NCBI RefSeq assembly: GCF_004010195.1
Contig: NC_057752.1
Coordinates: 7,914,835 to 7,978,834, forward strand
Source: Chiloscyllium plagiosum
Lineage: Eukaryota
Length of the DNA: 64,000 nt
Reading direction: 5' to 3'
A program made the translations under genes and the position numbers. The notes under the pieces are model-generated. The model did no database searches and had not been told where the DNA came from. It saw nothing but the letters and a program-made list of their open reading frames with translations. Positions 1-13,115 of the stretch are shown here, piece after piece; within the stretch, counting starts at the first letter, position 1; each line of letters starts with the position of its first letter.

Positions 1-45
1 CCTGTTTCCACACTGTAATGTAATCTAATCTAATCTAATCTAATG
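1..45 (+). mobile_element. 3' tail of HE1-type SINE
   Basis: cctgtttccacactgtaatg followed by (taatc)n, the same tail as the SINEs at 17255 and 18397. Confidence 0.75.
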
Positions 46-564
46 ATCTGTGACTAAGAACTCCTAAATTCCATTATTTAAAGAAAATAGCATCAATTTA
101 CTTCCTAACTCTAAACGTGAACACTAAATAAAAACTATTCACAGATCTAAACCGTCCTTTCTCTTAACTGCTCACTATCTGCCTCCAACTCTATAACAAT
201 GCGCTGTTCCAATAAGACACTTACTAAAATTACATTAACTTAATTTCAAAACCACACAGTCTCTGTCTTCTTCTGTGTCTTCACTATTCTCCCTGGGTCA
301 TCTTTTTTTCATTGCATGTTTCACATGAAAAGGTACCTTTTGATAGAGAATGCTTTCTAACTTCTTTGAGAGAAAGATATTAGATGGACAATGAGCTCTC
401 CAGGAGTTTCTCTCTCTACAGCAGTTGCTCTCTGACCAATTTTCAAAATGTCCACATTCTTATAGCCCCAACTTTGGATCGTCTCACTGGTTCGATGTTG
501 ACAAAACAATAAATTCAAACTTGATTGGGTTTTTATCCTGGGGCATAATTTAAACTAGTAGAAT

Positions 565-685
565 GTGAGGACTGCAGATGCTGGAGATCAGAGTCAAGAT
601 TGTAGTGCTGGAAAAGCACAGCAGGTCAGGCAGCATCCGAGGAGCAGGAGAATCGACGTTTTGGGCATAAACCCTTAATCAGGAG
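565..685 (-). mobile_element. Penelope-type terminal fragment, family A, degenerate hammerhead core
   Basis: Same sequence family as 14175-14304 and 20693-20934. Minus strand reads ctgattaagggtttatgcccaaaacgtc. Confidence 0.7.
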
Positions 686-1437
686 TCATAGAGATGTACA
701 GCACGGAAACAGACACTTCGGTCCAACTCGTCCATGCCGACCAGATATCCCAATTCAATCTAGTCCCATCTGCCAGCACTCAGCCCATATCCCTCTAAAC
801 CCTTCCTATTCATATACCCATCCAGATGCCTCTTAAATGTTGCAATTGTACCAGCCTCCACCACATTCTCTGGCAGCCCATTCCACATGCGCACCACCCT
901 CTGCATGAAAAAGTTGCCCCTTAGGTCTCTTTTATATCTTTCCCCTCTCACCCTAAACCTATGCCCTCTAGTTCTGGACTCCCCCACCCCAGGGAAAAGA
1001 CCTTGTCTATTTACCCTATCCATGCCTCTCATGATTTTATAAACCTCTATAAGGTCACCCCTCAGCCTCGAACGCTCCAGGGAAAACAGCCCCAGCCTAT
1101 TCAACCTCTCCCTATAGCTCAAATCCTCCAATCCTGGCAACATCCTTGCCAATCTTTTCTGAACCCTTTCAGGTTTCACAACCTCCTTCCGATAGGAAGG
1201 AGACCAGAATTGCACGCAATATTCCAAAAGTTGCCAAATCAATGTCCTGTACAGCCGCAACATAACCTCTCAACTCTTGTACTCAATACTCTGACCAATA
1301 AAGGAAAGCATGCCAAATGCCTTCTTCACTTTCCTATCTACCTGTGACTCCACTTTCAAGGAGCTATGGACCTGAACTCCAAGGTCTCTTTGTTCAGCAA
1401 CACTTCCTAGGACCTTACCATTAAGTGTATAAGTCCT
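686..1437 (-). mobile_element. CR1 LINE 3' fragment (young subfamily)
   Basis: ORF 760..1263 has LEYCVQFWSP...RLRGDLIEVYKIMRG and a CR1 3' tail. Confidence 0.92.
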
Positions 1438-1439
1438 AA

Positions 1440-2180
1440 GAGATTAGGTGAGTGGGCAAAGATGTGGGAAAGGGATAATGTGGGAAAAATTGAAATTGTC
1501 CATTTTGTCAAGAATAATAAAAAGGAAACATTATCTAAATGATGAGAAATTGCCGAGAGATCTGGATGTACTAATGCACTGATTGCAAAAGGTCAGTATG
1601 TAGGAACAAGTAATTAGGAAAGATAACAATGTTATCACTTATTGTGAGGTGAATTGAATGCAAAAGTAAAGAGATGATGCTTTAGTTATACACGGCACTG
1701 ATTAGATCACATCTACAGTACTATGCAAAGAGTATTGGTCACTGTAATTTCAGAAAGGATGCAAATGCTTTGGAGGCATTTCAGAGAAGGTTTACCAGAC
1801 TGATCCCTGGAATGGAAGGGTTGTGTTAGGAGGAAATGTTGGACAGGTTAAGCATGTATCCACTGCAATTTAAAACAGTAAAAGAAAACCTGATTAATCC
1901 TGAGGGATCTTAACAAATTAAATATAGAGAGGATGATTCCTCTTATGAGAGAAACTAGAACTAGGGTTTAAAATTCAGGGGTCACCCGTTTAAACAGTGC
2001 CATGCATCTTTGGAAATGTCTCTTTGAAAAGGTGGTGGAAGCTGAGTCCTTCAATAGTTTTAAGGTAGAAGTAGATAGATTCTTGTTAAATGAGAGGTTG
2101 AAAGTTATCTGGGTAAGTGGGAATGTAGATTTGAGGTTACAGCCATAATCTTGAGGGACTAAATGACCTGCTCGAACTCT
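1440..2180 (+). mobile_element. Older degraded CR1 3' fragment
   Basis: Decayed ORF2 C-terminal homology. Confidence 0.7.
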
Positions 2181-2619
2181 TTGCTTGTAATTTACACCAA
2201 AGAAATGTGCTTTTGCCCTGAGATGAATGCTTTTGCTTGGAAATTGCTTTTAATTTAGAAGGAAACTTTTGTGGGGCAAAAACAGCAGTTCGACCAGTTG
2301 AAGCAAATGGTGTGGTTCTGTCTGTTAAGACCCCATTCAGGGCAGTTAAATCCAAATTAAAGCCTCTTTATTTTGCCCCACTGATGTTGTTCAGCCATGA
2401 GAAGAATATTTAGGCTGAGAACTTCTTAAAAAGTTAATGATGACAAAACATTTCCAGGCATTAGGTCTCTGTCACTCATTTTTTCCAATTCCTCTGGCTC
2501 CATGCTTGCTGGTTAAGCCTATTGCTGACAAAGTCTCAAGCTCTTGCTAAACTTCTCGACCTCTCTTTTCTCCTTTCAGACCCCCCCTGAAATCCAGTTC
2601 TTTGATCAAGGCTTTGGTG

Positions 2620-4436
2620 ACACGAACTTAGGAAAGCTAGAAGGGGGCATGAGAAAACTTTGGCGGGTAGGATTGAGGAAAACCCCAAGGCATTCTACAT
2701 TTATGTGAGGAACAAGAGGATGGCCAGAGTGAAGGTTGGGCTGATCAGGGATAGTGGAGGGAACTTGTGCCTGGAGTCGGAGGAGGTAGAGGAAGTCCTT
2801 AATGAATACTTTGCTTCAGTTTTTACTACTGAGAGGGACCATGCTCGATATATGCACAAACAGGTTGATGTTAGGAAGGAGGAAGAAGGAAAATTTTGAA
2901 AATCCCCTGAGCCAGACGGGATATATCCTAGTTACTACAGGAAGTGAGGGAAGAGATTGCTGCGCATTTGGCAATGATTTTTGCATCCTTACTGTCCACT
3001 GGAGTAGTCCCAAATGATTGGAAGGTGGCAAGTGTTATTCCCTTTATCAAGAAAGGGAATAAGAATAATCCTGGGAATTACAGATCAGTCAGTCATACGG
3101 CAGTGGTAGGCAAATTATGGCAGAGGATTCTGAGAGACCGGATTTATGATTATTTGGAAAACCATAGTTTGATTAGAGATAGTCAGCATGGCTTTGTGAG
3201 GGGCAGGTCATACCTCACAAGCCTTACTGAATTCTTTGAGGATGTGACAAAACACATTGATGAAGGTAAAGTAGTGCATGTGATATATATGGATAAGGCG
3301 TTTGATAAGGTTCCCCATGGTAGGCTCATTCAGAAAGTAAGGAGGCATGGGATACAGGGAAATTTGGCTGTCTGGATACAGAATTGGCTGGCCCATAGAA
3401 GACAGAGGGTGACGGTAGATGGAAAGTATTCAGCCTGGAGCTTGGTGACCAGTGGTGTTCCACAGGGACATGTTCTGGGACCTCCTGCTTTTTGTGATTT
3501 TTGTAAATGACTTGGATGAGGAAGTGGAAGGGTGAGTTAGTAAATTTGCCAATGACACAAAAGTTGGTGGAGTTGTGGATAGTGTGGAGGGCTGTTGTAG
3601 GTTGGAACGGGACATTGACAGGATGCAGAGCTGGGCTGATAAGTGGCAGCTGGAGTTCAACCTGGAAAAGTGTGAAGTCATTCACTTTGGAAGGTCAAAT
3701 ATGAATGTAGATCACAGGGTTAAAGGCAGGATTCCTGCCAGTGTGGAGGAACAGAGGGATCTTGGGGTCCATATCTATAGATCCCTCAAAGTTGCCACCC
3801 AAGTTGTTAAGAAGGCGTATGGTGTATTGGCTTTCATTAGTAGGGGTATTGAGTTTAAGAGCTGTGAGGTTATGTTACAGTTCTATAAAGCCCTGGTTAG
3901 ACCACAATTGGAATATTGTGTTCAGTTCTGGTCACCTCATTATAGGAAGAATATAGAAGTTTTAGAGAGGGTGCAGAGGAGATTTACCAGGATTCTGCCT
4001 GTACTGGAGGGCATGTCTCATGAAGAAAGGTTGAGTGAGTTAGGGGTTTTCTCATTGGAGCGAAAAAGGGTGAGAGGTGACTTGATAGAGGTGTACAAGA
4101 TGATGAGAGGCATCGATAGAGTGGATAGCCAGAGACATTTTCCTAAGGCAGAAATGGCTGTCACAAGGGGGCATAATTTTAAGGTGATTGGAGGAAGGTT
4201 TAGGGTGATGTCAGAGTTTGGTTCTTTACACAGAGAGTGGTGGGTGAGTGGAATGCACTGCCAGCAGTAGTAGTAGAGTCAGATGCATTAGGGTCATTTA
4301 AGCGAATCTTGGGTAAGCACATGGATGATAGTAAAATGAAGGGATTGTAGGTCAGTCTGATCTTAGAGATGGATAAAAGGTCGGCACAACATCGAGGGCT
4401 GAAGGGCCTGTACTATGCTGTACTGTTCTATGTTCT
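2620..4436 (+). mobile_element. CR1 LINE, 5'-truncated, frameshifted RT
   Basis: ORFs 2944..3510 and 3575..4270 (PGNYR, KAFDKVPH, SGVPQG), ttcta(tg) tail. Confidence 0.93.
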
Positions 4437-4728
4437 GTCTACTAATATCTCCTTATGTGATTTGGTTTAATACTCCTGTGAAGTGCCTTGGGAGGTTTTA
4501 CTGGAAGACATTATGTTAATACAAATTGTTTTTATCTCTGTAAGACTTTCAACAATGCAGATTGGGAACAGCTGTGAGGAGATTCATATTAAATTATTAA
4601 AGATGCGGTTACATTTAGACCTGATATGTGTGAACTATTTTGTTGTTCCTATTTGGCATTATTTCACTTTGTGGCCTGTCTTGTGATATTTGCCCTATGC
4701 CTGACCCTAATATTCTCTCTATGTGCAG

Positions 4729-4818
4729 TGGTTCACTCTGAAAGATGTTGAGAGAGGGAAAATTCGTCTGAAACTGGAGTGGCTGTCCCTGTACTCTGAC
4801 CCAACGAAACTGGAACAG
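4729..4818 (+). CDS. ESYT1: ESYT1 exon (end of C2A), WFTLKDVERGKIRLKLEWLSLYSDPTKLEQ
   Basis: tgcag|tgg...cag|gtaatt, 90 nt, phase 0-0. Confidence 0.9.
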
Positions 4819-6544
4819 GTAATTCCAAAGATTAAAGCTTCCATTTGAGAAGCTCATCACTCACTTTTGAAATCACACCTTGGCTTACCATTCCTTTGAA
4901 GTTATGCATGATTTTCAACATATAGTCAACTCAAAATTCAAATTACTAGATTGAAATATTAGCTCAAAAAATAACTTTGAAATTATCAAGTGTATACACT
5001 AAAAGCATAACTAGCATCACCCTTGAGATGATCGTGTAACTCAGTGTTGCCTTGCCTTTGAGATGATATTTAACTTTAATATTATCTTCACAAACAGTAT
5101 CGGTATCACAACTATAATTATTATGGTGCAGAAGGAAGTGATTGGCCCATTGTGCCTGTACTGATTGTATTATCGAGTCCAGCTCTACGCCCTAGTGCCA
5201 ATGACCTTTTTTTTCCTATATCTCTGCAAACCATTGCTCTCCAAAAAAATTATCCAATGCCCTCTTGAATGTCTCAGTTGAACTTGCCTTCAGCGTGTTG
5301 CAGGCAACGCATTCCATACCCTAACAACTTGAGTGAAAAAAGGTTTTGCACATCACTTTGAATACTGTGTGGTTATAACTGGAATATCACCAGTTAATCA
5401 TTGACTGCAAATAATAGGAGATTTATGTTCTATTCAATGTTATATGTAAAATTATGGATGGTGAGAATGAATGAGCCCTGTAATTTATTCATAAACTTCG
5501 GTGATGTCCTAAGAGATCATAGATGAAACTGAGATTTAAAAAAAAAATTTTTCCTCCTCCTTTCTTGAAGGCTCGAATGCCTTGCCCAAGTGTCAGTTCC
5601 TTACATGAATGCCATCACACTATTCCACTGTAGAATACATCAATACCAAGTGTCCTCATTTGACCTCCCCACACACACTTTCCCGCATGGATCACTGAAT
5701 AGCAAGCAGGAGCAAAGACCCTAGTTTATTCTCTACTTCCTACTTCTGGAAGGCATGGGGAAAATGTAGCACCCCAGACCACTATCCATGCTGAGATTAG
5801 CTAACTCAGCTCTGATCAAGGATTGAAGGTGGGACCTTGATCTATAAAGATCAGTTGGATACTACTTTTACCAGCTAAATCATCAGAGAGCACTTACTGT
5901 AGTTTTAAATGCCACCTGAGTTCTAACATAAATACAGCTTATGTCATTTTTCGAAACATATACCATACTTGCAATACAATTAAAGACTGCACTACAACCT
6001 GAGCTTCCACTTAACAGTTCCTGCAGAGTGGAGGAGAGCAAATAAGATAGCGAGTCGTTATGAGGTCAGAATGTCACAGCTCCAGCTTACTGCAGGTTCT
6101 GGTGGAGGGCTCGGGAAGAAACTATCCTTTCATGGTTATAACATATTAAAAATACTGGATAGGCAAAGACCAGCTGGTTCACCTATTCCTTCCCATCATA
6201 GTTGTAACTTGTGAACTTGTGGTTCATGATTAAGACATTTCCTATCCATTAAGTCCATAGAATCTCATAGGAAAGGTAAAACAAAAACAAGACCAATCAG
6301 GGTCAAAAAAAAAATCTGGGACATTCCTCTTTTACCTTCTTGGGCAATTAAAGCTAGTCCAGGAGACCATGTTGAACCTGGCTTGTATTATTTGGAGCCT
6401 GTCCCCTGTATGACATGATCTACACTGCAAGTCAGTAACTTGGTAAGTGTGTGGTCAGTGACACATGCAAGAAGAAGATATCAAAGGACTACATCCCCTC
6501 AAAATTGTGGTCTACAAAATATACTAATTGTTTGTTATCTATAG

Positions 6545-6640
6545 GCACTGATGGTTAATAACTCCATCACTGTGCAGAACAGTGAGGAACCCTCTGCTGC
6601 TATCATGGTTGTCTACGTGGACCAAGCACAGGATCTCCCG
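6545..6640 (+). CDS. ESYT1: ESYT1 exon, ALMVNNSITVQNSEEPSAAIMVVYVDQAQDLP (start of C2B)
   Basis: ctatag|gca...ccg|gtatgt, 96 nt, phase 0-0. Confidence 0.9.
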
Positions 6641-7029
6641 GTATGTATAATTGTCACAGAATGTAGATCTCCAATCAGCAATAGATCCCATTTCACAGCT
6701 GTAGCTGAATTGTGAGAATATAACACCAACAGTGTCTTTCAACCTCAATCCTTCTGTTTGACTGTAATGCTGAATGTTGAATTTGGTAGGGGTATACTCA
6801 TACTGCTTCAACCTGACAAAATTGGCATCTGTCCAGCGAGACACTCTTGGTGTTCAGCTTACTCTGTTGTATGGTTCACCAATGGTATGACTTCAAAAGG
6901 GTGATCAAAGGAAGTTTGAATAAATCCCCACTCTGCTTACAACTTCTATTTTATCTGTGATTTCAGCGGTTCCCTAGAAGTTGGTATTGGGATCATGTGC
7001 TTTTCCTGATTATATGCTATCAGGTGTCA

Positions 7030-8277
7030 GAGGACTGGAAATGCTACACTCTAGTCCCCAAAAGATATAAGCCCAGCAACTACAGACCAATCAGTTTAAC
7101 TTGAGTGATGACAAAGCTTCTATAAGAATATTTCTGGACAAAATTAAAAGTCACATGAATAAATGCAGTTCAATTAAAGAAAGCCAGAAAAGATTTTTGA
7201 ACAAAAAATCATGTTTAACTAATTTGATGGAGGTAACTTTGACCAGGTAATAGAAGGTTAACAAGTGCAATCCTGTTGATGTGGTGGACATGGACTTTCA
7301 AAAAGTATTTGATACAGTGCCACATAACAGACTTGGGAGCAAAGTTACAACTCTGAATAAAACAGACAATAGCAACATGTATTCAAAACTGACCGAGTGA
7401 CAAGAAACAGTAGTGGTAATGGATGTTTTAGAGGAAGGTTTAGAGTGAAGTTTCCCGAGGGTCATTGTTGGGACCCTTGCTCCTGATAATGACCAAGACA
7501 TTCATGAACAGGGCACAATTTCAAAGTTTGTAGATGATATGAAAAGTGGAAGCTTTTGAACAGTGAGGAAAACTTTAAAAGGATTTCAAGACAAGGGGGC
7601 ATATTTTTAAGGTGAGGGGAGAAAGTGGGACCCTTGCTCCTGATAATGACCAAGACATTCATGAACAGGGCACAATTTCAAAGTTTGTAGATGATATGAA
7701 AAGTGGAAGCTTTATGAACAGTGAGGAAAACTTTAAAAAGATTTCAAGATGAGGGGACACATTTTTAAGGTGGGGGAGAAAGATTTAACACGGACTTGAG
7801 GGGCAAATTCTTTACACAAACGATGTATGTGGAATGAACTTCCTGAGGAAGTGGTGAATGTGGGTACAATTACAACATTTAAAAGACATTGAATAAGTAA
7901 ATGAATAGGAAAGGTTTGGAGAGACATGGGCCAGGAGCAGGCAGGTGGGACTAGTTTAGTTTGGGATTATGTTTGTCATGGACTGGTTGGACCGAAGTGT
8001 CTGTTTCTGTGCTGTATGACTCTATGACATCGATGATATGGACAAGTTGGTGGAATTGGCAGACAAATGGCAAATGTAGTGTAGTGGAGAGAAATGTGGA
8101 ATTATTCATTTTAGAGTCGTAATGTTTTACAACAAAGAAAGAGGCTCTTCAGCCCATCGTGTCCATGCCAGTCATCAAGCATCTAATTCTATTTTCCAGC
8201 ACTTGGCTCGAAGCCTTGTATGCTATAGTATTTCAAGGGTTAGTCTAAATAGCTCTTAAATGTTGTGATGATTCTTG
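7030..8277. repeat. Left arm of long inverted duplication (composite of CR1 fragments)
   Basis: Reverse complement of about 12020-13115. ORFs 7298..7501(-) and 12638..12841(+) translate identically. Confidence 0.95.
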
Positions 8278-8288
8278 CTTCTTGATCA

Positions 8289-10440
8289 TTTCTTCCTAGT
8301 CATTTACCACACCACCAATGTTTGTGTGATCTATATATTTACTTATCAAATCTACTATGTTTGTATTCAGATCATTAATGTATATAACAAACAGCATGGG
8401 ACCCACCACTGAACCCAGTGGTACAACACTGAACTCAAGATTCCAGTCACAAAAACAACCTTTGACCATCACCCTCTACCTCCTGCCACTAAGACAGTTT
8501 GGATCCAATCTGTGAAGGTTTTCTGGATCCCATGTGCTCTTACTTTCTCGACAAATCTCCCATGTGACACCTTGTCAAATCCTTACCGTAAGTCCATGCA
8601 GACTACATCAACTGAATTATCCTCATCTACACACCCAGTCATCCTTCAAAACTAAATCAAGCCTGTCAAACAATATTTCCCCCCGACAAAGTCATGCTGA
8701 CTATCCTTGATTAATCTCTGCCTCTCCAAATGGAGGTTAATTCTGTCCCCAATTTTTTTCCAATAGTTTCCCTTCCCTTCACTGGCCTGTAATTTACCAG
8801 TTTATTCCTATTACCCTTCATGAATAATGGTACTTCATCAGCTGTCCTCCAGCCCTCTGGCACCTCTCCTATGGCCAGAGAGGATTTGACCCTGCAAGGG
8901 ACCTTGCAATCTACTCCCCCACCTCCCACAACTGTCTGGAAAGATCTCATCTGGGCCTCAAGAATTTTCCAATTTTAAGCTTGATAAAGCCACTAATATC
9001 TCCTCCCTCTCTCAATTGTAGTTTGTATAAGTATTTCATTGACCTTCCTCCTCCCTGATTTCCATACCTACATCCTCCTCCTCTATAGTGAAGATAGAAA
9101 CAAAGTACTCATTTAAAACCTCATCTGCCTCGTTCAGCTGCAGACAGAAATTGCCATTTTCGTCCCTAATGAGCCCTACTCTTTCCCTAATTGCCTATAA
9201 CTCTTGCCATGTTTTATTTCAAAATGTCTTTGAATTTTCTTTTATTTTACCTGCCCAGGTTTTCTCACGTCACCTCTTCACTTTCCTAATTTCATTTTTA
9301 AGCAACTCCATTCACTTCCTACAAACCTCCAGAGTTTCTGGTGTTATGAGCCTTCTGGATCTACCATAAGCTTCCCTTTTGTTCCTTATCCAATCCTTTA
9401 GATTCCTTGACATCCAGGGTTTTCTGGGTCTGTTGATGTGGGAGATTTTAAAAAAGCTTTAATTCAAGTGTCTCCATCTACCATGGGTTCTGGATTATTA
9501 GTTTAGGAATGCCATGGTTTTCCTGGAAATTTGTCAACATAACTATCCTCTCTTTCTATAATTGGTTGTAGGTTCATAGTATACTCCCAACAACATTATT
9601 GCTCCCATTTTGCTTTTAGATTCTACCCATATCGCCTCTATTCAGGGACCCTCTAGGATAACATCTTTCTTTATTGCCATAATGGATTTCTTGATCAATA
9701 TTGTAACACCACTTCTTCCTTTACTCACTCCCTGTTTCATGTCAAGATTATATCCTTTTGAATGTTGAGCTACCAGTCCTGTCCCTCCCTCAACCATGTA
9801 TCCTCATGTTAATCAGCACCATCAGCCCATATACACTGCTGCCTCACAGCGCCAAGGACCTGGGTTCAATTCCATCCTTAAGTGACTGTCTGTGTGGAGT
9901 GTGCACATTCTCCCTGTGTCTGCGTGGGTTTCCTCTGGTTTCCTCCCACAGTCCAAAGATGTATAAGTTAGGTAGATTGACCACGGGAAATGCAGGGTTA
10001 CAGGGGTAGGGTGGGTGGGTCTGGGTGTGACGCTCTTTGGAGGGTCTGTGTGGAATTGATGGACTGAATGTCCTTCTTCCACACTTTAGAAATTCTATGA
10101 TCAACCCGTATACCTTATTGACAAGACCCCTTGCATTAAAACAATGGCATGCAGCCTTGCCATGCTCCCTTGTGCCCTAATTTGGTGTTACATACTTTGA
10201 CTCCCGTACTGACTTGTCTTCTCTCCTATATTTGTCTGTGCATCACCCGCTATTGTACTTCCACTCCATATTCCATTGCCCTGTCAAATTAGTTTAAACC
10301 CCGAACAAAACACAAACAACACTAGCAAGGATGTTGGTCCTGTTTCAGCTCAGGTGCAACTCAGCGGGCTTGAAAAGATCCCATCTTCCCTAGAAATGGA
10401 TTCAATGATCCAGGAATCTAAAGCCCTCTCTCCTGCACCA
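8289..10440 (-). mobile_element. Degraded CR1 (ORF1 end, endonuclease, RT), interrupted by a SINE
   Basis: ORF 8711..8950 (GEVPEGWRTADEVPLF...NYRPV), decayed YINDL region near 8370. Confidence 0.8.
9833..10100 (+). mobile_element. HE1-type tRNA-derived SINE
   Basis: cactgctgcctcacagcgcc...gggttcaattcc (B box), tgcgtgggtttcctc core. Confidence 0.85.
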
Positions 10441-10449
10441 ACAATTCTT

Positions 10450-10912
10450 GTATAAGACACCAGTTAGACTAGTTCTTGTGTACAGTTCTGGATGCCACAT
10501 TTTACAGAGGACAAGAAGGCTTTTAAGGAAGTGCAGAACTAGTGTACAAGAATGGTTCCAGAGATGAGGAACTTTTGTTATGAAGGAAGGTCAGACAGTA
10601 GGGCTGTTTTCCCTTGAGAAGAGAACATTGAGACAAGATCTGATAGTGGTGCTCAAAATCATTAGGAGGCTGGACAGACTAAATAGAGAGAAACTATTCC
10701 CAGTTCTAGAAAGGGCATAGATTTAAGCTAATTGGCAGAAGCAAACTGGAGTTGGATTCAACTGTGACTTTCAAAAGAGACAAATTATTATCTGAAAACA
10801 ACAAATGTGCCGTGCTGCACAGAAAATGAGCGATTCACCTAGTACGGTATAGTGAGCTCATAGTTACTTGTTGGGCGAAATAGCAGCCTTCTGCTCTGTA
10901 ACAACTCTATGA
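10450..10912 (+). mobile_element. Old CR1 3' fragment
   Basis: Decayed VQFW...DLI...KII homology and ctctatga tail. Confidence 0.65.
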
Positions 10913-10919
10913 TAATAAC

Positions 10920-11330
10920 ATGATGTGGAGCTGTCAGTGTTGGACTGGGAGTGGACAACGTCAGAAGTCACACAACAGGTTATAGTCCAACAGGTTTATT
11001 CAAAGTCACAAGCTTTCAAAGCGTAGCCCCTTCATCAGGTGAAGTGAAGAAAAGCACATAGGCACAGGATTTATAGGCAGAGAGATCAAAAGATCATACA
11101 AACGGTGTGAGTGGAGTGTCAATAGGTTGGATAATAAGTCTCTGCAGGTGATCAGAAGTATCAGATAGTGTTAGTAAAGTGCCAACAGCTGAATAGTAAG
11201 TGAAGGGGATGACCTATAACCCAATTAATTGAGGCAGCAGATAATTACAAATAATTAAAAATAAGATGGTGCTGGAGACAAACCAAACAGCTGGAATAAC
11301 ATGATAGGTATAAGAGAGGCATGTCTATTG
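10920..11330 (-). mobile_element. Penelope-type 3' end related to family B, with hammerhead-like core
   Basis: Shares ggttatagtccaacaggtttatt with family B. Minus strand reads ctgatga-aggggctacgcttt-gaaagctt. Confidence 0.65.
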
Positions 11331-12190
11331 ACATTAGTGGTCTGGTAAATGGCAAAGAAGAAACCACATAGACTACAGGATGATTTCGATGGGCTGAACA
11401 GTAGCAGATGAACAGTGAATCCTGAACAGTGGGAAGTGGTGCATTTTGGTCGCGATAACAAGGCAAGGGAGTACCCAATGAATAGTAGAACACGAGAAAG
11501 TACAGAGGATTAGAGTGACCTTTGTGTTCATGTCCATAGATCCTTGAGGCAACAAGATAAGTAGATAAGGTGGCATATTGGATACTTATCCTTGAGTCGA
11601 AGCACTGAATACAAGAACAGAGAGATCATGATGGATCTGTCTAAGACATTAGTTAGGTCACAGCTGGAGTACACGTGCAGTTCTGGTTGCCACACCATCA
11701 TAAGGTTGTGATTGCACTGGAGACGTTGCAGAGGGGAGTCATCAGGATGTTGCCTGGACTGGAATGATTCAGCTATGAAGAGAGAGACTAGATAGGTTGC
11801 AATTGTTTTCCTTAAAGCAGAAAGGGCTAAGTGGAGGCCTGATTGAGGTGTACAAAATTATAAGGGGCACAGATATGGTGAAACATTTTCCCTTAGTGGA
11901 GAGGTCAATAACCAGGATGCATAGATTTAAGGCAAGGGGAAAATTTAGAGGGGATTTAAGGAAGATTCTTTCAATCCAAATGGTAGTGCGTATTTGGGAC
12001 TCTGAGATGGTGGAAGAGACAAGAATCATCACAACATTTAAGAGCTATTTAGATTAACCCTTGAAATACTATAGCATACAAGGCTTCGAGCCAAGTGCTG
12101 GAAAATAGAATTAGATGCTTGATGACTGGCATGGACACGATGGGCTGAAGAGCCTCTTTCTTTGTTGTAAAACATTACGACTCTAAAATG
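11331..12190 (+). mobile_element. Degraded CR1 3' portion
   Basis: ORF 11797..12057 (LFSL..GLIEVYKIIRG). Confidence 0.8.
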
Positions 12191-13115
12191 AATAATTCCA
12201 CATTTCACTCCACTACACTTCATTTACCATTTGTCTGCCAATTCCACCAACTTGTCCATATCATCGATGTCATAGAGTCATACAGCACAGAAACAGACAC
12301 TTCGGTCCAACCAGTCCATGACAAACATAATCCCAAACTAAACTAGTCCCACCTGCCTGCTCCTGGCCCATGTCTCTCCAAACCTTTCCTATTCATTTAC
12401 TTATTCAATGTCTTTTAAATGTTGTAATTGTACCCACATTCACCACTTCCTCAGGAAGTTCATTCCACATACATCGTTTGTGTAAAGAATTTGCCCCTCA
12501 AGTCCGTGTTAAATCTTTCTCCCCCACCTTAAAAATATGCCCCCTTGTCTTGAAATCCTTTTAAAGTTTTCCTCACTGTTCAAAAGCTTCCACTTTTCAT
12601 ATCATCTACAAACTTTGAAATTGTGCCCTGTTCATGAATGTCTTGGTCATTATCAGGAGCAAGGGTCCCAACAATGACCCTCGGGAAACTTCACTCTAAA
12701 CCTTCCTCTAAAACATCCATTACCACTACTGTTTCTTGTCACTCGGTCAGTTTTGAATACATGTTGCTATTGTCTGTTTTATTCAGAGTTGTAACTTTGC
12801 TCCCAAGTCTGTTATGTGGCACTGTATCAAATACTTTTTGAAAGTCCATGTCCACCACATAAACAGGATTGCACTTGTTAACCTTCTATTACCTGGTCAA
12901 AGTTACCTCCATCAAATTAGTTAAACATGATTTTTTGTTCAAAAATCTTTTCTGGCTTTCTTTAATTAACCTGCATTTGTTCATGTGACTTTTAATTTTG
13001 TCCAGAATTATTCTTGTAGAAGCTTTGCCACCACTCAAGTTAAACTGACTGGCCTGTAGTCGCTGGGCTTATCATATTTTTTTTGGGACAAGAGTGTTGC
13101 ATTTCCAGTACTCCT
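12020..13115. repeat. Right arm of long inverted duplication
   Basis: Reverse complement of about 7030-8277. Confidence 0.95.

Noticed and set aside
760..4270. Long ORFs of 167-231 aa as host genes (also 17380..17976, 26811..27341, 46401..46883)
   Set aside because: All are CR1 ORF2 fragments, or SINE-CR1 read-throughs, with frameshifts and multiple paralogues in the window.
1..4728. The 49-nt-type ESYT1 exon expected before 4729
   Set aside because: I found no convincing candidate; it probably lies upstream of the window.
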